DNA of 64,000 nucleotides from Parachlamydiales bacterium (GTDB lineage Bacteria; Chlamydiota; Chlamydiia; Chlamydiales; Rhabdochlamydiaceae): NCBI GenBank assembly GCA_963705295.1, contig OY970065.1, positions 1,344,001 to 1,408,000 of the forward strand, read 5' to 3'. Shown piece by piece: positions 59,083 to 64,000 of this stretch (position 1 is its first letter; each line of letters starts with the position of its first letter). The notes under the pieces were generated by a model. It saw only the letters and a program-made list of their open reading frames with translations, ran no database searches and was not told where the DNA came from. The position numbers and the translations under genes were made by a program.

Positions 59083-60846
59083 ATGACGTTAGATCATTTA
59101 GCTGGATTAGATTGGGGAAAGGGGGTTCCAACGACTGTGAAAGGAGCCACCAATTATGAGAGATTGAAGAGTGTTGCTGCAATGGTGCAGCAGTCGTACA
59201 CGGTCCTGGGTGCAACGGCAGTTTTATCGGCTGTTGTTGGAAAGTGTTGGATGTATAGCCTTCAGGTGCCTAATGTTACAGAAGCCATGAAGGGGTGCCG
59301 GATCTGCTTTGAGGTGTTGCCTAGATTGGAAAAGGGGGATCAAAGGGGGTACACTGTACCTCTGCTGCTTAAATTCAATGATGGGATTGTCCAATTTCCC
59401 GGTTATTTTAGAGCAGTTCTCGCTCGAGAAAGCCCTTACTTTAAGAACTTGTTTTATCGAGATGAAAATAGGAAACAACCGTACGAGTTTAAAACTATTT
59501 CCTCTGATATTTTTCAACCGATGCTCGATATCGCCTTATCCTGTGAGGCGAGTGCTTTTTCTTCTATAGATATTAAGTTGCTCGCTCATTTTATATCGGT
59601 AGCGAGTCTATTCGAAATGAGGAAAGCAGTAAAAATGTGCCGAGAAGTACTGGCTGAAAAAATCGATAACCTCACACTCTCTCTGGAAGACTGGAAAATC
59701 GGTTGTCAATTGTATCCCTTCTTAGAAAAAGATCATGAACTTCGACTCGCCTTGGAGAACTATTTTAACCGGCATATGATCCAGCAAATAACGTATAGTC
59801 AACTGAAAGTGTTTTTGCAAAACCATGGAAGGGAGATACCTACCTTAAATCTTCCTTTTGATCTAACAGATCAACAACTCAAAGAATTAACATCGTTTTG
59901 TCCTATTGTAAGGGCTGTTTTTTTAAAGAGTAAAAACATCACAGATCAGGGGATTGAGTCGCTTTGCTTGAACTGTCCCTTATTGAAACGGCTATCACTC
60001 GATGGGTGCCCCGTTTCAAAAAATGGTCTCATGCCTCTACAGAGGCTTACGCACTTGGAAGACTTAAGCCTCTTATCGATAAAAAATGTAGAAGACGACG
60101 GTTTTTCATTTCTTGCATCGCTTATCTATCTCCAAAATCTTACCCTCTTGGGATGCAAGACAACCGATACAACACTGACCTATATCCAATACCTTTATAG
60201 ATTAGAAAAACTCTTTCTTGTGGGAGGAGTATTGACACATTCTGGCTTTGCCCGTCTATCTTTACTCAGTTTAACCCAGCTCCAAATCATGAAATGTCCA
60301 TCTCTTACGGATGAGCATCTTGCGTTTTTCCCACGGAATCTGAGAACACTCAGCTTAAGAGACTGCCGGTCGCTGACTCCTGCAGCAATTTCTTCATTAT
60401 CTGTCTTTTCAAATCTAGAAAATTTAGACATCGGCCGGACAAACATGCTCTGTGAATACCACGCTTCCACGCGGCTTTTTTCTCGATTAACTTCACTCCG
60501 CCAACTCGATGTCACGGGATGTGCTCTTGCAAAGGAGGTGCGAGGATTTATTCTTCCTCTTGCACACCTTCAGTCTCTTATTGCAACTGACTGCGACCTC
60601 ACGGATGACGATTTAGCTTTAATCAGTCTCAACAAAAACTTGGCTATGTTGGACCTTGCTGGGTGCTCTCGAATCACTGATATCGGCCTCATCTACCTTG
60701 AAAATCTAACCAACTTAAACCTGCTCGTTCTAACCCGTTGCAAACAAATCACTGCAAAGGGGAGTAGTACGCTTAGCGGGTTCAAGAGGCTCCGGCTGAT
60801 CCTGGATCCCGAATCCCATCCTCCAAAAAGAACTCGAAATTCATAA
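59083..60846 (+). CDS. BTB/POZ + FBXL-type LRR protein, paralogue of 55393..57339
   Basis: VLARESPYFKNLF BTB; LDLAGCSRITDIGL and LTRCKQIT LRRs; collinear with 55393..57339. Confidence 0.87.
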   Translation: MTLDHLAGLDWGKGVPTTVKGATNYERLKSVAAMVQQSYTVLGATAVLSAVVGKCWMYSLQVPNVTEAMKGCRICFEVLPRLEKGDQRGYTVPLLLKFNDGIVQFPGYFRAVLARESPYFKNLFYRDENRKQPYEFKTISSDIFQPMLDIALSCEASAFSSIDIKLLAHFISVASLFEMRKAVKMCREVLAEKIDNLTLSLEDWKIGCQLYPFLEKDHELRLALENYFNRHMIQQITYSQLKVFLQNHGREIPTLNLPFDLTDQQLKELTSFCPIVRAVFLKSKNITDQGIESLCLNCPLLKRLSLDGCPVSKNGLMPLQRLTHLEDLSLLSIKNVEDDGFSFLASLIYLQNLTLLGCKTTDTTLTYIQYLYRLEKLFLVGGVLTHSGFARLSLLSLTQLQIMKCPSLTDEHLAFFPRNLRTLSLRDCRSLTPAAISSLSVFSNLENLDIGRTNMLCEYHASTRLFSRLTSLRQLDVTGCALAKEVRGFILPLAHLQSLIATDCDLTDDDLALISLNKNLAMLDLAGCSRITDIGLIYLENLTNLNLLVLTRCKQITAKGSSTLSGFKRLRLILDPESHPPKRTRNS

Positions 60847-60853
60847 TATACAA

Positions 60854-62848
60854 CTATTCATCCCCAGAAAATTCGTCGAAAGACTCTTCTGAGGAGGTTT
60901 CTTCCTGAAGAACACCCCGTCTAAGATCCAAACGTTCTTCTCCATAGAAGCCAAGTCGATGCAATTCTCTGTATAGCCCATCGAAGTCACTCTCGTTCGA
61001 GGAGGAGCTGAGATTCAAAGCCATAAGAGCCTGATTCATTTGAAGATCTGAAAGAAAATCTACGATTCCTTGGGGAGTAAACTGGTTCTTATCTAATGCG
61101 AGCTTGAGGATCGACCCATTTTGTTGAAGACCTTTTGCTAATATTTTTAGATGTTCATCATTCAATGCATTAGATCCCAAATTTAATTCACGTAGAGAAG
61201 ACTGGCCGGGTAAAACCTCGGCGAGGGCTTGGATAGTCTGAGTCCCTATACCTGTATTGCTTAGATGAAGAGTTTGAAGAGTGGAGTTCGATCTCAGCGC
61301 CCGGACGAAAATACCACCCTCGGCATCACCCATTTCATAATCATTGAAATCAAAATATCTGAGAGAGTGTTGGGTTCTTAACATTTCAGCTAGAGGCCTT
61401 ATGTCTAAAGGTTCTATGGGATTGCGAATCGATAATTTTAATTTTTTGATGGTACGATTTCTTGCAAGGGCTGCCCAAAGCATTTCAATTCTAGGTGTCA
61501 GAAGGTTGATATCCAAATCAAGACACGTTAAATGCGTATTGAGACCGATCATGTCGGCCCAGATCGGAATGTCTCTAGATTCCAAGGAAGCAGTAAATTC
61601 TGCATCTTCCAGCTTATGGGTATGCAAAGCCTGAGCCAGCACGCGAGAAGCCTCGCAGTCCACTCTAAATCCAGAAATTTTGAGCTTTGTAAGTGAATTA
61701 TTTCGGTGAAGTGCCCTCGCAAGGGCTTGCATCCCTTCTGTATTTAAAGGTTGACCTGCAAGAATCACAAGCGTCGTCAACTTTTGATTGTTTTCTAATA
61801 ATCGGAGGGTTTTTAAGCTCGCTCCAATGTCTTGATTCGTAACAATACAAAGAAACGGTATTTTTGTTTTATTTAAAATGACTGGAAGAAGTTCTTGTAC
61901 AATGGACGCATGATCCGTTCTTAGGATAAACCGATCTAAAAAGGAGGAGGGGCCCCAGGTACTTAAAAGTGTTGCAAGCCTGTGGCCTAAGTTACGGTCC
62001 TCCACTCTAAATTCACAATCGAGAGAAGTGATTCTATAACCCTGACTAAAAACTCTTTCCAAAATATCCAGAAACTGACGATTGACTCCAGGAACTCCTG
62101 TTTTAAAGTGGTTCTGACCATGGAAGGCCTGAGTGTAAGTTGCGCAGTCAAATCCCTCCATCTTTTGCATGGCTTCTAAAGCCTGTTTCTGGTCGGCATC
62201 AAGCTCTTTGATAGAAGGTTTAAATTGATTAGCCCCAGAATGGTTACATCTAAAAAAGAGCTCTCTTTTTAAATCGTCATCCCGATTTCGAAAAGCAAAG
62301 ACCCAGATTTCAAAAAGATTGTTCAGCCTATTTTCGCAATAAGAGGGGAGTAATTCTAAAATTCTCGATAAAGTTGCCCCTAGGAGTTTTTCATCTTGCC
62401 ACTCTAGAGATAGTCTTCGAATTTCTAAAACGTTGCCATCGGAGAAACAAACCTCGCCTGTATTAAAAAATGCAGTGATTTCCTGAAGAACCCCATCCGA
62501 GACGACCTCTTCTGGAATTCCCTTTTCCAAAATTCTCAACATCCGAGGCGTGAGCAGCATTTTAGAAACCGAAATCGTCGGTCTGAGTTGAATTTTCTGA
62601 TCCAGATTGGATAGATCCACCCCAAGAAAATCCGATAAAGCTTTTAAAAATACCCGAGTCGTTTTAGGGTCACATTCCGCTCTTAAGAATTCGACCAATC
62701 TCGCTTTAAGCTCTTCTCGTTGAATAGATTGTGGATTCCTTAATACTTCGCCGACAATCGACCAAATAGGGCTATTCCAATCCTCGTTGCCTAAACGATA
62801 AGTTTCTAGTCTTAATGCCAAGGTTTTAGATTCTAAAGACAAACTCAT
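60854..62848 (-). CDS. ALRVAT-family degenerate BTB-BACK plus RI-like LRR protein
   Basis: TLALRLETYRL, FFNTGEVCFSDGNVLEIRRLS, NSTLQTLHLSNTGIG, LRELNLGSNALND; acidic tail. Confidence 0.87.
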   Translation of the reverse strand: MSLSLESKTLALRLETYRLGNEDWNSPIWSIVGEVLRNPQSIQREELKARLVEFLRAECDPKTTRVFLKALSDFLGVDLSNLDQKIQLRPTISVSKMLLTPRMLRILEKGIPEEVVSDGVLQEITAFFNTGEVCFSDGNVLEIRRLSLEWQDEKLLGATLSRILELLPSYCENRLNNLFEIWVFAFRNRDDDLKRELFFRCNHSGANQFKPSIKELDADQKQALEAMQKMEGFDCATYTQAFHGQNHFKTGVPGVNRQFLDILERVFSQGYRITSLDCEFRVEDRNLGHRLATLLSTWGPSSFLDRFILRTDHASIVQELLPVILNKTKIPFLCIVTNQDIGASLKTLRLLENNQKLTTLVILAGQPLNTEGMQALARALHRNNSLTKLKISGFRVDCEASRVLAQALHTHKLEDAEFTASLESRDIPIWADMIGLNTHLTCLDLDINLLTPRIEMLWAALARNRTIKKLKLSIRNPIEPLDIRPLAEMLRTQHSLRYFDFNDYEMGDAEGGIFVRALRSNSTLQTLHLSNTGIGTQTIQALAEVLPGQSSLRELNLGSNALNDEHLKILAKGLQQNGSILKLALDKNQFTPQGIVDFLSDLQMNQALMALNLSSSSNESDFDGLYRELHRLGFYGEERLDLRRGVLQEETSSEESFDEFSGDE

Positions 62849-62919
62849 ATAATTCCTTTTTTGCTAAATTACGCATATTATACTAATAAATTTCAATTTT
62901 AGATATAATTTCTGATTAT

Positions 62920-64000
62920 ATGACATCGAGGATCGGCTTTAAAAACTTCACTACCTGGAGACCTCTAGAAGAGGGGATTAACTTATCAAACCTTTATAGA
63001 TTAGCGACTTGTATCCGAACAGCTCTCGATCAAAATAGAATCCCATTATCATCGTTTAACTCATTAACACACAGATACTTGCGATATGCATCCACACGAG
63101 TTGAGTGCCGAGAAAAATTCATCGCGTATCGCATTTGCCACGAAATCCTTCGAATACAAATCCCTCCTTTTCGAGTAAAGATAGGAACCTCATTCTATCA
63201 GGTCCCGGGACACTACAAAATGACCCTCTCAAAAAAGAGTCCCTTCTTCCAGGCCTTATTCTTTGGAAAATTCAAAGAGGGGGAGAGCACAACCATTTGT
63301 CTCAAGAACATCTCCCCAAAATTTTTCCTAGCCATGCTCGAGATCCTTGAAAAAGGAGATTCTCCCATTTTTGAAGGGATGGAACTCGAGGAACTGGCCG
63401 AATTCATGCGGCAAGCAGATCAGCTCCTATTAGAAGAGCCGTATGAACAGGCAAGAGAAATCCTCATAAACACCCTTAAAGAGTTGGATAAAACGGAGGA
63501 CCATTTACATGTCGTCATTTCCCTTCGAAAAACCTTTTTCGTAGAAGATAAAATCGTATCGGATACGATCGTTGAATTCCTAGTCAAATATGTTGAAAAT
63601 CTGGCACATTATCAGAAAATATATCTATTTTTCATAACTTCTGGTCATTATTTAAAACATCTCCAAGAGTTGAAATTAGGTTATTTCGTTGATGATCTCG
63701 TTTTAGCATTTGTGACTTTTGTTTGCCCAAATTTGCAGAAACTCGAAATGTCGATAGCTAAAGAGTTTACAGACAAAGGAGCAGCTTTATTTACTAGATT
63801 AAGGAATTTAAAATTTCTTACATTAAGTTATCATTCAGGTCCTGAGAAGTTTGACCTCCGTTGTCTTGCAGGTCTTGAAAGTCTTGAAACTCTAAAGTTC
63901 TGGTCACTATCTCTGGAAGATAACGATTTATCTACTTTGGTCTCCTGCCCTCGGCTCCAAACCTTGATTCTTCGAGAATGTGATCTCACAAAGGGATGCA
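62920..64000 (+). CDS. BTB/POZ + LRR protein, 5' part (runs off the window)
   Basis: Not in the ORF track. Hand translation MTSRIGFKNF...LSKKSPFFQALFFGKFKEGESTTICLKNISPKFFLAMLEIL...CPNLQKLEM...CPRLQTLILREC stays open to the window end. Confidence 0.87.
   Translation, partial: MTSRIGFKNFTTWRPLEEGINLSNLYRLATCIRTALDQNRIPLSSFNSLTHRYLRYASTRVECREKFIAYRICHEILRIQIPPFRVKIGTSFYQVPGHYKMTLSKKSPFFQALFFGKFKEGESTTICLKNISPKFFLAMLEILEKGDSPIFEGMELEELAEFMRQADQLLLEEPYEQAREILINTLKELDKTEDHLHVVISLRKTFFVEDKIVSDTIVEFLVKYVENLAHYQKIYLFFITSGHYLKHLQELKLGYFVDDLVLAFVTFVCPNLQKLEMSIAKEFTDKGAALFTRLRNLKFLTLSYHSGPEKFDLRCLAGLESLETLKFWSLSLEDNDLSTLVSCPRLQTLILRECDLTKGC

Noticed and set aside
63105..63407. Track ORFs 63105..63350 and 63213..63407
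   Set aside because: Shadows of the real BTB-LRR gene starting at 62920, which the track missed because it has no stop inside the window

Overview
AT-rich bacterial DNA that looks like an environmental, protist-associated member of Chlamydiota. This is an inference from an Npt1/Npt2-type nucleotide transporter and a large set of eukaryote-like F-box, BTB, LRR, ankyrin and TPR genes. Housekeeping and metabolic genes: a contiguous GT2-cydAB-cyoABCDE run, malic enzyme, tpx, a type III PKS/UbiG-like/UbiE-like cluster, GH1, rlmD, a TauE exporter and an HSL-family esterase. Two toxin-antitoxin-like pairs are present (AbiE, zeta-like). Putative host-directed effectors: ten paralogues of an 'ALRVAT'/degenerate BTB-BACK/RI-like-LRR family, three BTB-LRR genes and four F-box genes. 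The strongest candidate for an undescribed system is a translationally coupled gene pair at 43741-47192. It encodes a PARP-like (H-Y-E) ADP-ribosyltransferase followed by a SidE/DupA-type phosphodiesterase, and both carry the same linker and TPR-like tail, suggesting a split phosphoribosyl-transfer or writer/eraser module. Other notable items: a Clp-like ATPase built from three NBD1-type modules, a Glu-to-Cys change at a CydA heme-ligand position, a ~165-bp palindromic element family with covarying stems, many -10 boxes 6-12 nt from the ATG, and a G-rich 5' / C-rich 3' gradient across transcription units. I saw no rRNA, tRNA, CRISPR array or transposase. All family calls come from motifs recognised by eye, not from database searches.
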